Assembly: GCA_964016885.1 (NCBI GenBank)
Contig: OZ024754.1
Location: 16,988,001 to 17,052,000 of the forward strand
Source: Eledone cirrhosa
Lineage: Eukaryota
DNA length: 64,000 nucleotides
Reading direction: 5' to 3'
Under the pieces are notes generated by a model. That model was not told where the DNA came from, ran no database searches, and saw nothing but the letters and a program-made list of their open reading frames with translations. Positions 1 to 13,207 of this stretch are shown here, in pieces. The position numbers and the translations under genes were made by a program. The stretch's first letter is position 1. Each line of letters starts with the position of its first letter.

Positions 1-2082
1 TCAGATGGTTTATGTATGAAAGGTTAATGATATAGTTTACCAAAACATAGAGTAACTGTTTGTATGGTCTTAAATTGCTTAGTTGTTGACCTTTACTTTG
101 TTTCCGAGGAAAGCTATATCATTTCAATTCAACTTTGAATGAATGGCGAGTTCTTTGCTGGTGAAGATCAATGGGAAGAATTGTTGTCCTGTTCCATGTG
201 GTGGCAGTAGAGTCCAATCCTGGACCTGTAGGCTCTGATACGGTTGGGGCAAGTGTTACCCATGCAAGAAATGTTCCTATGATAATGAAGTAAAATTTAT
301 ATGACTATAATCCTCTTGGTTATTGATAAGGTTTATAATCCACTTGGCTCTTGATAATTATGTGATATAAACATATGTTTCAAATGATTTAAGAACCCCT
401 ATAATCTTAAACAATGTGTCTCCTGGTAGAGTATGCAAATATTTCATTCTTGACTAGCAGTGTGTGTATGTGTGTGTGTAAACCAATTCACATACTTTAG
501 TTTTAGCTAGACAAATATTTTATTTAATCTTTTTGGTACCTGATTCTATGATACAAAGCTGTTTGTTTATTAATCTCAAAACTTTCCATCATAATTTTTA
601 TATAAGAACTCTTATCTGAGATTTGGGAAGAAATCCAAACCCTATGTAAAGAAAAAGTATAATTAAGTCTCAAAGAAAAACTGTCAGTGCATGTGTGCAT
701 ATGTAGGGGGTATTAATGTTCTCAAAGGAATGCATATATAACACTCATGACGATGTAGTAGATGTAGTAAAGGAGTGTTTCATTGTAAAATAATCACTCC
801 GTATTTAACACCTTATTTACATAGAATTTAAAGTAGGTGAAAATCTTGACCTCAAATATAAGTTGACGTCCCATTTTACCATTGATTTTATATTAGTATA
901 TATGGTATATTATTAAATCTCTCCAAATTCTTGATTATTTTCAAAATTAATGGAAAACCACCAGCAGTGTTTTTCATTAGAAATATGATAATACTTTACA
1001 TAAGAGCACAGCACAATATCAATGGTTCATCCTTTTCCTATGTTACTACTATACCACCATTTCAAATGTTATGGTTAGAATTGCCAAAGATTGTCAGTGG
1101 TTGACAGTTTGACTAGGCTTCTTTTGATCTGAAGCAAACGTTTTGCTTTATAATTATACCTCAGATTTTATAACTATGAGCTTTATAATTATACCTTAAA
1201 ATTCTGGTTTTGAATTAAACCAGTATTATTTTTTAAAACCGCAATAATAAATCTTTTGCTTGAGGATGTTGATTTTTGTGGAGACTGTTTTACTTGGTCA
1301 TACACAGAATCAATTTTAACATAAACATATTTCTATATATTTGTTTTTTAAACACTTGAAGTTCCTTTTCAATTATCTTTACATATTTTTATAATTGATT
1401 ATACCAATTTCCGATTCATGTTTGTTTTAAGTTATCAGGAGCCAAGCTAGATTAAGGAAAACTTCTGAATAAATAATTAAGAATTAATCAGCAGATCATA
1501 AACTGTTGAGCTTGGAAGAACATTAGTGATTTGATATGGGCTTTTGTTAACCCTTGCTACCACCCACCCACCCCAGTTTAAAGCTATTTAAACTGATAAT
1601 CAATTTGTCTATGGATGTGCACATGTTTATATGTGTTCTAAATGTGCTTAGGTATCAACGAAAACAAGACAACGAAAGCAGAAAATTTGTGATTATGGGA
1701 AGGAAATTAACTGACTGAAGTGTCATCAGTTTGGAAAAGAATAAATCAAGGAGTATGAAGAAGTTCATAAACTTATCTTAAACTTATCTCTCAAGAGGGA
1801 AATGTATTAAAGTTAGTCATGATTGACAAAATAACATCACAAAAGCCTAACCTAACTCTAAATTACATGAACAGATAATTGTTAAACTAATAATGGCAAA
1901 GAATTTTTTATACTCATAAAAACTTCAATTCTTTATTTTTTATAGTAGCTTGTAGAAAGGAACAACACCAGAAAATGTTAGATTCCTACACTTGTCATAG
2001 CCATTGAAATCTGCAAACACTTCTATGGACTAGAAGATTTTCTATATATTCTGAATTTTATCTCATCTCGTTAGTTATAACG

Positions 2083-2630
2083 AAGGTGGTGAATTGGCTG
2101 TATTGGTAGAGCGTTGGACAACATGCTTTTCAGCAGAGTTATGGCCCTTTATGTTCTGCGTTCAAACTCCGCTGAGGTTAGCTTTACTTTTCATCCTTAC
2201 GGGGTCGATAAAATAAAGTACCAGTGATACACTGGAGTCGATTTAATCGACTTTCCCCTCCCCCCAAATTGTTGGCCTTGTGCCTATAAAGAAACCATTA
2301 TTTATAATTGTTTGTTTAAGGGCGGTGGATTGGCAGTATCGGTAGAGAGTCGGACGCCATGCTTTCCAGCATAGTTATGTCCCTTTACCATCTGAGTTCA
2401 AATCCCGCCGAACTTAACTTTGCCTTTCATCCTTACGGGGTCGATAAAATAAAGTACCAGTAATGTACTGAGTAATTGCTGGCCTTGTGCCTAAAGTAGA
2501 AACAATTATTTATAATTGTTTGTAGTAGTTGATTAACAGAACCATTGAAATGTTGGACAAAAGGCTTTGTCATATTTACTCTGATTCTGTATATTCATGC
2601 TATTGATCCTTCTGGGGTTAATAAAATAAA
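2083..2630 (+). mobile_element. Tandem of three tRNA-derived SINE copies (family S1): about 2083-2300, 2320-2512 and degenerate 2523-2630
   Basis: A-box-like tggcagtatcgg and B-box-like gttcaaatcc, followed by conserved core gcctttcatccttacggggtcgataaaataaagtaccag and tail ggccttgtgcctaaagtagaaacaattatt. The same unit recurs many times in the window. Confidence 0.85.
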
Positions 2631-2869
2631 TCATGTTTGTGTGTGTACATGTTTGATCATTACATATGAACATATCATCACACACACATATTTCAACTTT
2701 ATGCTGACATCATATTAAAACAACTTACAAGTAATCTTCTTTGTCATAACCCTTTAGTAGAAGTGAGCAATATCTTTTATCAGATAGTCTCTTCAATAGA
2801 ACTTCTTTAAATTAGATTATGAAGTAAATCTTTGGGTTCAGTTTGGAAAAACAAACAAACAGAAGTTGT

Positions 2870-3030
2870 AGTTTCATGATAAAAGCTTTATCTTACATAA
2901 TTACCTCACATAATATCGAATCTATGAGATTTTGATATTATTTATTTTGAGAATAATACCGTAACACCAGTATGAGCAGCTTTGAACAGAAAGAGGTGAG
3001 AGAATATGGCCGGTTTAAATGCTAAATGGT
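2870..3030 (-). mobile_element. Partial copy of the TTAA/piggyBac-type MITE
   Basis: Reverse complement matches the internal part of 4216-4420 (ctcacataatatcgaatctatgagattttgat ... aacagaaagaggtgagagaat). Confidence 0.7.
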
Positions 3031-3087
3031 CCTCCCTGTAAGGTGTTCATTGTCGTGGCTAAAAAAAAAAAAAAAAAAACGCTCCTG

Positions 3088-3242
3088 TTATGTGGTTGGC
3101 ATTAGGAAGAGCATCCAGCTGTAGAAAACCAAGCTGAGAATGGATTGTATGAGCAAGACAGAATCACCTGGTATTTCTAGGCCATTTAACTCATGCAGAC
3201 ATGGAAAATAGATGTTTAAATGGTGGTGATGATGATGATGAT
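3088..3242 (+). mobile_element. Short RTE-type 3' tail remnant ending in (GAT)n
   Basis: gtggttggcattaggaagagcatccagctgtagaaaacc is shared with the 3' UTR of the RTE at 14870-14910, and the tract ends in gatgatgatg. Similar orphan tails lie near 21065-21125, 31930-31983, 38455-38540 and 51530-51555. Confidence 0.65.
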
Positions 3243-4215
3243 GTTAATGAGGAAACTAAAATAAAATTCAGTTTGCCTATGTTTTTTTTAAAAATTGATT
3301 TGCTTTATTAGAAGCAACATTCAATTTTGTTATAAAAGAGAGAAAAAAAAGGATGGTTTACAATTATCATTGATTTCAGATGAAAACTATTCAATATATT
3401 GATTTGTCTTATAAGCTTTTTAAAAAAAATGCTTTCTATATAAGCCACTTCACACTTACAATTTATAAACTAGAAATCGTCACTATTGTCTGTTAATACT
3501 TGTACTGGTGTGGCCTTAATGTGTCTGCATAACAGGTTGTTTATCGTGTCTGTTTTGTCTTTTTTTAAAAATGAATCTAAGTATATTCCATTTCATTTGC
3601 TGAGTATCATCGACAATCTCTTTGCTCTGCTTTTAACCTCATACATCACCAGTTCAGGTAGAGTCAATTTTCATTAAATATACAAGTCAGTGACATTCAC
3701 AATATGACTTAAATCAGACTTAAATGCTGATCAGAAGAAAAATAGAAGCTTAATGATTATATTTTTATATCAGAGTCCACCTGGGTGTGGTGGGGCTGAT
3801 AACATTTCTGAGGAGGACGTCTGATTGAACAGGGTTTGCAAGACTAGAAATAGGTAGTAACTTAACCACTACTATGCTAGTTGCTACATCGATCTCCACC
3901 CTTCAATCAACTCTCTGAAATGATCGTAAAACAATGAACTAACTCCCTACCTACATCTGACTTCTGTTTTTATTGTTCAAACATATATATATTATATTTT
4001 TACGTTGATCATCACTTTTTATACAGGAAGTTCTGCTTTGGTCACTTTGTTAATCGCAATGTTAACCTTTTCATGACTATTTCAATTATTTAATGAATAA
4101 TTTTGAGGAATTTACCAAAATTGTAAATTATTTCATTACTAAGATAGTAACTTAACATATAGTTCTCAGATAAAAATATGTTGGACAATTTAAATTTTAA
4201 CTATGAATCCTTTAA

Positions 4216-4420
4216 CCCTTTAGTAATTAAACCAGCCATATCCAGCCAGAATTCTCTCACCTTTTTCTGTTCAAACCTACTGTAACTGACCACTTATATT
4301 TATGTTAAGGTATTGTTCTTAAAATAAACATCAAAATCTGATAGATTCGATATTATGTGAGATATAGTGTTTACCGTGAAAATACAATAGTAAATATAGA
4401 GTAATGTAAATGCTAAAGGG
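4216..4420. mobile_element. piggyBac-type MITE, about 205 bp, complete
   Basis: TTAA|CCCTTTAG ... CTAAAGGG|TTAA, i.e. TTAA target duplication and CCC-starting terminal inverted repeats. Non-coding, with at least 6 other copies in the window. Confidence 0.88.
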
Positions 4421-4689
4421 TTAAAATGGTGGTTTGGTTTTATAGAACCAAAACCAGTTTTTGCCAGGTTTGTATCAAAAGGATTATGTAAGAAAGCATT
4501 CATCATCATCATTTACGCATGAAAATATTTCATACATTTTCAGAAAAAATACAATAATATTATTATTTTCTCAAATTCAATGCAATTTTATTTTCACATT
4601 GACTCTGTTAGATGTCAATCGACAAAACTAACCTTTTGTCCATTTAACTTGGAATTTAAGCAATTGGAGGACTTTCAGAAGATTTTATA

Positions 4690-6939
4690 TTAATGATGTA
4701 TATGACGAAAAAGAAGACGATTTAGAGACGTATGACATAGATAATAAATGGAAGTTCTTACATGACAAATTGCTGCAGGCTACTGATGAAACCTGTGGCT
4801 GGAGCAGAGCTCCAACCAGACAGAGAGTGACCTGGTGGTGGAACAGCACAGTAGATAAGGCTATTAGAGACAAAAGACTAGCATGGAAGGCTTGGAAAAA
4901 GGGTGGGAGTAGGGAAGAATATACAGCCACTAAGAGAGAAGCTAGACGTCAGGTGTACTTAGCACGCAGGGAGGCAGAGAGTAGAAGGTTTGCCAATGTT
5001 CTGCGATGGGAAGATCAGAGACGTGCGGTGTTTCACATTGCAAGGCAGTGTGTCAATGCAAATCAGGATGTTGTTGGAGATAAATGTGTCCGGGATGATG
5101 CCGGTGTTCTTAGTGTCATGAATGATCAGAAAAAGGAGGCCTGGAAATGTCATTATGAGAGACTGATGAATGTGGAGAACTAATGGGAGAGAGAGAAATT
5201 ACCCTTGGTAGATCCGGCAGAGGGACCAGCTATTGAGATTGACGAATATAGGGTCCAAGAGGCGATTAGGGAAATGAAAAATGGTAAGGCGGCCGGACCA
5301 TCGGGAATAGTTGCTGAGATGCTGAAGGCATCAGGGGACGTAGGCACTAAACTGGTTGCACACATCATCAATCAGGCTATATATGGTGGTGTCATACCCA
5401 AAGACTGGTGTAGCAGTATTCTCATAAATTGCTACAAAGGTAAAGGGGATGCTTTGGAGAGGAGCAATTATAGGGGTATAAAACTGATAGATCAGGTTAT
5501 GAAAGTGGCAGAAAGGATTTTAGCACAACTAATTAGAGAAAGGGTCAAACTAGATGAGATGCAGTTTGGTTTTGTGCCTGGGAAGAGTACAACAGATGCC
5601 CTCTTCTTGGTGAGACAAATGCAAGAGAGGTTCTTAGAGAAGAATAAGCCACTATACTTAGTCTTTGTTGACCTAGAGAAGGCCTTTGATAGGGTACCCC
5701 GATCTGTCATCTGGTGGTCCCTAAGGAAGCTAAGTGTTGAGGAATGGCTTGTGAGGACAGTGCAAACTTTGTACAGAGGTACTCTCAGTAAAGTCAGGGT
5801 AGGAATGGAGTTTAGTGAGGAATTCCAGATAAAAGTAGGAGTACATCAGGGTTCGGTCCTCAGCCCGCTCTTGTTCATTATAGTCCTCCAAGCCATAACA
5901 GAGGAGTTTAAGACTGGCTGTCCATGGGAACTTCTCTATGCTGACGATCTGGTTCTTATAGCAGAATCAGTAGAGGAGCTAGAGAATAAATTCTGGCTAT
6001 GGAAACAGCAGTTGGAAGCAAGAGGACTGAGAGTGAATCTAGCTAAGACAAAAGTGTTGATGAGTAGAAAAGAGGACAAAACCCTGATTCCGTCAGGGAA
6101 ATGGCCATGTTCAATATGTAGAAAAGGAACTGGCATAAATTCTATAAAATGCACACAATGCAGATCCTGAGTACACAAGAGATGTAGCGGGATAGCAGGC
6201 AAACTAACAGGTAGGGAGAAATATGTATGCAGTAGATGTACAGGGAAATTAGACAGTAGAAGTCGCACTGATAGACACATTTTTCAAATGCAAGAGGGCG
6301 CTATAGAAGTGGTGGATAGCTTCCGGTACCTAGGAGATCAGATTAGCATGGGAGGAGGGTGTTCCGAGGCCATAGTATCTAGAATAAGGATGGGTTGGAA
6401 GAAGTTTAGGGAGCTGCTTCCTCTGTTGACGAAGAAGGGTTTCTCCCTGCGTACGAAAGGCCGGTTGTATGATGCCTGTGTGAGGAGCGCGATGCTGCAT
6501 GGTAGCGAGACATGGGCAGCAACTGCAGAGGATATGCGACGGCTGGAGAGAAATGAGGCAAGCATGCTCCGTTGGATGTGCAGTGTAAATGTGCGTGAAC
6601 GACCCAGCATAAATGTGTTGAGAGAGAAACTGTGTCTGAGAGGGATAGAATGTAGTGTACGGGAGAGGAGACTGAGGTGGTATGGACATGTGATGCGCAT
6701 GGAGGATGACCGATGGGTGAAGAAGTGCCAGGAAATGCCAGTTGAAGGAAGATGTGGTAGAGGTAGACCACGAAAAACATGGGCGGAGGTGGTGAGAACA
6801 GACCTCAGATCATTGAAGCTCACGGTGGAGATGACGAGGGACCGTGACGAGTGGAGAGATGCTGTGCTGAATAAGACCCGTCCCACCCTTGCAAGCAGGG
6901 AAAAGCGGACGTAAAATGATGATGATGATGATGATGATG
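4690..6939 (+). mobile_element. RTE-clade LINE (subfamily A), 5'-truncated, ORF2 reverse transcriptase with two in-frame stops
   Basis: ORFs 4770-5183, 5205-6170 and 6288-6914 are in one frame, broken by stops at 5181 and 6168. RT motifs KAAGPSGI, QFGFVPGKSTTDA, FVDLEKAFDRV, GVHQGSVLSPLLF, LYADD. RTE C-terminus [12 protein letters not shown]...GRGRPRKTW and a (GAT)n tail at 6917-6939. Confidence 0.96.
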
Positions 6940-7219
6940 AACCTGGTGCTTTGTTAAAGAACATTAACCTGAATGAATAATTGACTGCTTTTAGAAGAAT
7001 AATAGAAGTTTGTTTGTTTTTTTATACTGCAATATTTTAAGAAGAATTGTTACTGTATTTTTCGGGATGTAAGAAAGATCCTTATTCTGAAGAAAACTTT
7101 TGTTTTTAAAGTAAAATATGTATTCATTTTGATTAGATTTTAATATAAACTAAACTATGCATGCATATTTAAATATATAGCTATACTTATACATTATATC
7201 TGTACTATATACATATATT

Positions 7220-7605
7220 ATTTTAAGAAAAAAAATTACTACCATGCTTTGCGGCATAGAGTTATGGTCCTTTATGTTTTGAGTTCAAATCCTGCCAAGG
7301 TTAGCTTTGCCTTTCATCCTTACGAGGTTGATAAAATAGAGCACGAGTAATGCACTGGGATCGATTTAATCGACCTTCTCCTCTCCCCAAATTACTGGCC
7401 TTGTGCCTAAATCAGATCCCATTATAGTGTCAGACAAAATGCCTTGTAGTATATATTTACTGAGTTCAAAACCTGCCGAGGTCAACATTGCTATTCATTC
7501 TCCTGGATGTTGATAAAAACAAAATAGCAGTCAAGTACTGAGGATGATATAATCAAGTTTTCACTCCCTCCAAAAACTGGTCTTGTGCCTATAGTAGAGG
7601 TCATC
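7220..7605 (+). mobile_element. Two tandem S1 SINE copies (5'-truncated or degenerate)
   Basis: gagttcaaatcctgcc..gcctttcatccttacgaggttgataaaat..ggccttgtgcct occurs twice. Confidence 0.75.
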
Positions 7606-7868
7606 ATTGTTATTGTATAGGATGTAGGCAGATTTTAACATCGTTTGGGGGGTTTAAAATGTGTACCCCATACACTGAAAAAAAATAAACTTGGTAGTTA
7701 ATTTTACCATGAAGAATAATATTATTACTAAAGAGTAAAATTCTGTTTTGGGGTGGGAACAACAAAAAAACAAATAAATAGATAAATGAAAAAAAAATAC
7801 TTTAGAACAAAAAAAAAAAAAAATGAAGATAAATGCACAAACGTTTGGCAGTCATTATTTGTTTAAAT

Positions 7869-8060
7869 GGCGGTGGATTGGCAGTATCGGTAGAGGGTCG
7901 GACGCCATGCTTTGATGCATAGAGTTACGGCCCTTGCTATTCTGAGTTCAAATCCCGCCGAGGTTAACTTTGCCTTTCATCCTTACGGGGTCGATAAAAT
8001 AAAGTACCAGTAATGTACTGGGTAATTTCTGGCCTTGTGCCAATAGTAGAAACAATTATT
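7869..8060 (+). mobile_element. S1 tRNA-derived SINE, full length
   Basis: ggcggtggattggcagtatcggtagag...gttcaaatcccgccgagg...gtagaaacaattatt, near-identical to 2320-2512 and 16240-16435. Confidence 0.88.
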
Positions 8061-8574
8061 TGTTTAAATATGCAAGGTAAGGCATTTGACTTTTTTAATT
8101 AAGACAAGAATATGCAAGATGTTTTATTGAACGAGATTTTCATGTAGTGACTGGTTCAGCAGCAATTATATATCCTGTCAGATATATAATTTTTTTGGAA
8201 TTTTTGATATTCATATTCAAGGTTTCATATTTTATGTGTTTGGTTTTTGTTAACCTCAGTAATACGGGGAATTCTGAAAGCCAAGCTATACAATTACATT
8301 ACTTCCAATCCTCTAAGCAGTAAAATTTGGACATAAAATTTGCTGCAAAATAAAAGGAAATGCTACGAGTAATAAGAAATTAGCACCCAACAAGCTTAGA
8401 ATAAAATTCTAAAATTTTGTAGGTGTAACCTGTTGACTGCCGTGCATATTTTACACAGCTACAGTTGCTATGCCAGTTTTTCTCTCTCAGTAAAATGAAT
8501 ATTTTGATTGACAAACGTCACATCAATAAACTAGTAACCCCATCTAGCTTTGAAGTTGTGAACTGTTGGGAACG

Positions 8575-8712
8575 AATTCAAACATTTTGATATTATTTAT
8601 TTTGAGAACAATATCTTAACATCAGTTTGAGTGGCTGGTTACAGCCGGTTTGAACAGAAAAAGGTGAGAGGATTCAGGCCAGATACACCCGGTTTAAATG
8701 CTAAAGAGTTAA
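8575..8712 (-). mobile_element. Partial piggyBac-type MITE (one terminus retained)
   Basis: Reverse-complement match to the MITE body, ending aatgctaaagag|ttaa. Confidence 0.65.
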
Positions 8713-8851
8713 ATAAGATTGTGATGGGTTTTAATATAAATACGAACACATTAATGTGAGTAGTCTTGTATCATAAAACCACAGCTGGTTTCAGGTTGAT
8801 TGCTATCAAAACGGTTAAAAGTGCATTTTCACTACAGCTGTTATTATTAAT

Positions 8852-9026
8852 CTATCGGTAGAGGGTCAGACGCCATGCTTTCCAGCATAGTTACGTCCCT
8901 TTACGATCTGAGTTCAAATCCCGCTGAGGTTGACTTTGCCTTTCATGCTTACGGGGTTGATAAAATAAAGTACCAGTAATGCACTGGGTAATTGCTGGCC
9001 TTGTGCCTAAAGTAGAAACAATTATT
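8852..9026 (+). mobile_element. S1 SINE, slightly 5'-truncated
   Basis: Same B-box, core and tail as 7869-8060. Confidence 0.82.
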
Positions 9027-9120
9027 AATCCATAATAGTACCATGCTTGTGTGTGGGTGTGTTTATATATATATAGTAATAATAAATGTGAAGACTAAAA
9101 TAATATGAATATGAATAATT

Positions 9121-9153
<33 letters not shown>

Positions 9154-9260
9154 ATATGTATATATATGTATACATATATATATGTATATATAACGAAGGA
9201 ATTGTGGTAAGGAACCAGATGGACCATAACGCACCAGAGTACTCAATACTTAGGGTAGTA

Positions 9261-9460
9261 NNNNNNNNNNNNNNNNNNNNNNNNNNNNNNNNNNNNNNNN
9301 NNNNNNNNNNNNNNNNNNNNNNNNNNNNNNNNNNNNNNNNNNNNNNNNNNNNNNNNNNNNNNNNNNNNNNNNNNNNNNNNNNNNNNNNNNNNNNNNNNNN
9401 NNNNNNNNNNNNNNNNNNNNNNNNNNNNNNNNNNNNNNNNNNNNNNNNNNNNNNNNNNNN
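9261..9460. other. Assembly gap (200 N)
   Basis: Run of n characters. Confidence 0.99.
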
Positions 9461-9689
9461 TAACGGAGCCGAATATATCAAAGATATATATTGAGTTAGA
9501 AACTCAAAATAGTCTCTTACAATAAAATAGCTCCAGGAAAGAGATTTTTCCAAGCCGTATATTATAATTGAATATAAAAGAAAAACGAACACAGATATAT
9601 ACATATATGTGTTCAAATCGAATCTGGTCCCCTACGATTTGAACACATATATGTGTGTTCGCTTTTCTTTTATATTCAATTATAATATC

Positions 9690-9977
9690 TAAGTCTAAAG
9701 TTTATCTGAAGCCAGAAGGCTCATTTGGCTGGTGCTTATCCCGGTTTCATGGCGTGAAGCGACAGAGTACAAGATTCCCCCCTGGACAGGACGCTAGTCC
9801 ATCGCAGAGTTAAACCTCCAGCTAGTGCTGGTACTCATCTTCAGCTGAGTAAACTGGAGCAATGTGAAATAAAGTGTCTTGCTCAAGGAAACAACACATC
9901 ACCCGGTCTGAGAATTGAACTCACAACCTTTCGATTGCAAGCCTAATGCTCTAACCACTAAGCCATGTGCCTTCACC

Positions 9978-9978
<1 letters not shown>
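9690..9978 (-). mobile_element. tRNA-derived SINE, family S2
   Basis: Minus strand has tggcttagtggttagagc (A box), gagttcaattc (B box), then ccttgagcaagacactttatttcacattgctccag. The same head occurs at 32744-32890 (+) and, degenerate, at 20678-20830. Confidence 0.82.
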
Positions 9979-10018
<40 letters not shown>

Positions 10019-10074
10019 AATATATATATATATATATATTTATTTTGGAGCAAAGATTGGGAATACGGAAGATG

Positions 10075-10578
10075 ATGTGGTTGAGAGGAAGTGCCACAGC
10101 TTGAGATCGGTGTGGAGGTCAGACCTTCGTAGAGACCTGAAAATCCGCCTCTTCATTGATGTAGTGGAGTCTGTGCTGCTGTACGGGTCTGAGACTTGGA
10201 CCCGGACCAAGAAACTCACTCAGATGGTGGGTGGGTGCTACACGAGAATGCTGAGGATGGCTCTGAACATTAATCAGTATACACTGAGGATGAAAAATTC
10301 AGAGCTGTACGGGAGCCTCCCAAAAGTCAGCTCAAAAGTGACACAGAGGAGACTGAGGTTAGCTGGACATGCTCACCGACATCCAGAGTTGACATTGCAC
10401 TCAGTGCTCCTGTGGGAGCCCCTACATTGACACACTGGAAGAGGAAGACCAAGGTATGTTGATGCCCTAAGGACAGGCACTGGTTTGTTGGAGACGCAGG
10501 ACATGGCAGCGATAATGAGGGACAGAGACCGCTGGAGAGAACTCGTCCATGGATCTTGGGAATTTTACCCGCCCTAGA
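10075..10578 (+). mobile_element. 3' fragment of a second RTE-like LINE lineage, ending directly in (TA)n
   Basis: KIRLFIDVVESVLLYGSETWT...RMLRMALNI...RRLRLAGHAHRH...LLWEP. The 3' end ggaattttacccgcccta+(TA)n is shared with 55466-55602. Confidence 0.85.
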
Positions 10579-10579
10579 G

Positions 10580-10628
<49 letters not shown>

Positions 10629-10666
10629 TGAAAAAGAACACAAGAGCGTCTACAACATCAAAAGAT

Positions 10667-10728
10667 TTTTATTGGCTAACAATGTTTCTTCCTTACATGT
10701 AACCGTAGGATTCATCAGAGCTATAAAA
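10667..10728 (-). ncRNA. Minimal type I hammerhead ribozyme motif
   Basis: Minus strand ttttatagct CTGATGA atcctac-ggttacat-gtaaggaa GAAAC att GTT agccaataaaa. The core is intact, stems I and II form, and stem III is minimal. Confidence 0.72.
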
Positions 10729-11761
10729 GGGGTTTGATTGGTGTTATGGACTCTACCAACCAAACACCCAAGAACAAAGAGTAAAGAGAGTAAAGAGCAA
10801 AAGTAGGGGACGATAAGTCTAATTTAGGTGCGGGAGGGTGGGGTGTTGGTCCTTGTTTACTAGCTGCGGTCATATTCATTCCCGGGGGTCGGGTGGTTAG
10901 CTGAACCATAGATGGGGTGGCGTCGATAGTATGGTGCAGAGGGTGCGCAGAGACTACACAAACACAAAGGGCGTAGAATACATATATACATATAGCGGAG
11001 GAGAAGGTACATGAGGTAATTAGAAATGGAAAAAGAGTAATAATAATAATCTATAATTAATAGTGTATAATAAGGCATGGGGAAGGTTACACTATAATAA
11101 GGTATAAAGGTAAGAATAATGTAAAATATAAAGGAGGATAAAAGTGGAAATAAAAATAAAGATAAAAAATATATAGAGAATATATAAGGAAATATAAGCG
11201 AATATTTGGAGGGGAAAACACAATGTAAAAAAACCGATTTTTTTTTTCAAACAATAATAAAAGATAATAAAAATATAATAATTATGGGGGGAGAAAACAG
11301 GATAGAGAAATATGATCAAGTGTGATTCGTTGAGGGAATATAGGATGATAACAGTTGTGTCCAGTTTATACATCTTAATAATAAATAATAAACAATATGT
11401 GTATCAGAGTTGCAGAACCTTCAATTCACTTACGGGTTCAAGCCACGTGGCATGGTCCATTGTTTATCTGTGCGGTCATGTGCGTTTGTTTTTGACACCA
11501 CAGCAGATGCACAAGTTTGTAAATTCCAATGCAGATAGAAGTCAATTTTTGCTCACCCGGACATTGACCGAGGATCCAATATTCCTAGTTCAATATGTGT
11601 TTGGTGTTATTTTGTTCGCACAAATCAATCAATTGGTTCAATATATGGAGTATGGTTTCCTGGTCTTCGTGACAGTGTCAGTGGTTGTATATTTGGAAGT
11701 CACAAGGATATACATATATATATATATACATATATATATATACATAAATATATATATATAT

Positions 11762-12424
11762 ATCATCATCATCACCGTTTTACGTCCGTTCTTCCACGCT
11801 AGCATGGGTTAGACGGGTTGTCCTGTTGTGGGCAGTGTCTGGTCGGCTGACCATGCCTTGCTCATACAGGAACTGATCTGGCTTGATTTCTACAGCTGGA
11901 TGCCCTTCCTAACACCAACCTCATTTACAGTGAGTGCTGGGTGCTTTTTCGTGGCGCCTACACGTCCACTTTACAGTGTGGGCTGGGTGCTTTTTTGCCG
12001 TGGCACCTCCACGGCCACCTTGCGGTGGAGGGGGGGGGGGCATATTGTTTATATGCTTCAGCATGTACCCATGGGAGGTCGGGTACCCTGTATTACTGCG
12101 TGACGCCAGAAGTCACGGTCGTGTGTCATTGACTTTGAGAGGTGTAGTTGGGTAAGGTCGGCTTTTATCACCTCATCCCAAGTCATCTTGGGTCTCCCCA
12201 CTCCGCGGTTTCCATCAACTTCTAGTGCTCTGCACCTTTTTATGCAGCTGTCATCCTTCATACGCATCACATGTCCATACCAGCGTAACCGCCTCTCCTG
12301 CACGCAGCATTTGATTCCTCTTATGCTCAGTCTCTCTCTCAATTCCTTTATGCTTTGTCGTTCACGTATATTACTGTTACACATCCATCGGAGCATGCAG
12401 GCTTCGTTTCTCTCTAATCTACGT
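11762..12424 (-). mobile_element. RTE LINE 3' fragment (subfamily C) with 3' UTR and (GAT)n tail
   Basis: ORF 12058-12396 MLRWMC...[12 protein letters not shown]...GRPKMTW, closely similar to 45327-46185. Confidence 0.92.
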
Positions 12425-12480
12425 CATATACATATATATATATACATATATATATACACAAATATATATATATTTATTTG

Positions 12481-12514
<34 letters not shown>

Positions 12515-12788
12515 AATATAAATATATTTATTTGTATATATATATATACACACAAATATATATATATTTATTTGTATATATATATACACACAAATATATA
12601 TATATTTATTTGTATATATATATATATATACAAATATATATATATTTATTTGTATATATATATATACAAATATATATATATTTATTTGTATATATATATA
12701 TATACAAATATATATATATTTATTTGTATATATATATATATATATATATACAAATATATATATATTTATTTGTATATATATATATATA
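12425..12788. repeat. TA-derived minisatellite (unit about tacaaatatatatatatttatttgtatatatata)
   Basis: About 10 tandem self-complementary units. The same motif occurs at 15030-15110 and 15770-15860. Confidence 0.85.
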
Positions 12789-12998
12789 CCTGCATCAGTT
12801 GTTAGCTGTCGAGACACTGCATCCTTTAAGGCCTCCATGCTTCCCGACATCCGCCAACACTACAGCTAACACATACACACATGTACTTCCCTGACATTTG
12901 TGTATTATTCTATGTACTATATTGACGAGTTGTAGTGCACCTGAGCACTTTACACAATAATTTCATTATATATATATATATATATATATATAGTATAC

Positions 12999-13207
12999 TA
13001 GGGAAAGGATCAGGGGTGTATAACACTCCACTTATCCAGCAGGCAGTATAAGGTTAGCTCAATGTCAGAGGACAGAGCCGTAATATAATAAATAACAAAG
13101 AACGCTTATAGCATATGCATATCTTTACTTGCTAACATTGTTATAGTGCGGATGAAACAATGTTAGCAAGTAAAGATATGCATATGCTATAAGCGTTCTT
13201 TGTTATT

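Noticed and set aside
7869-7965. tRNA gene candidates in SINE heads (also 9910-9975 and 32744-32815)
   Set aside because: A and B boxes are present but there is no complete cloverleaf, and they are followed by SINE bodies in multiple copies.
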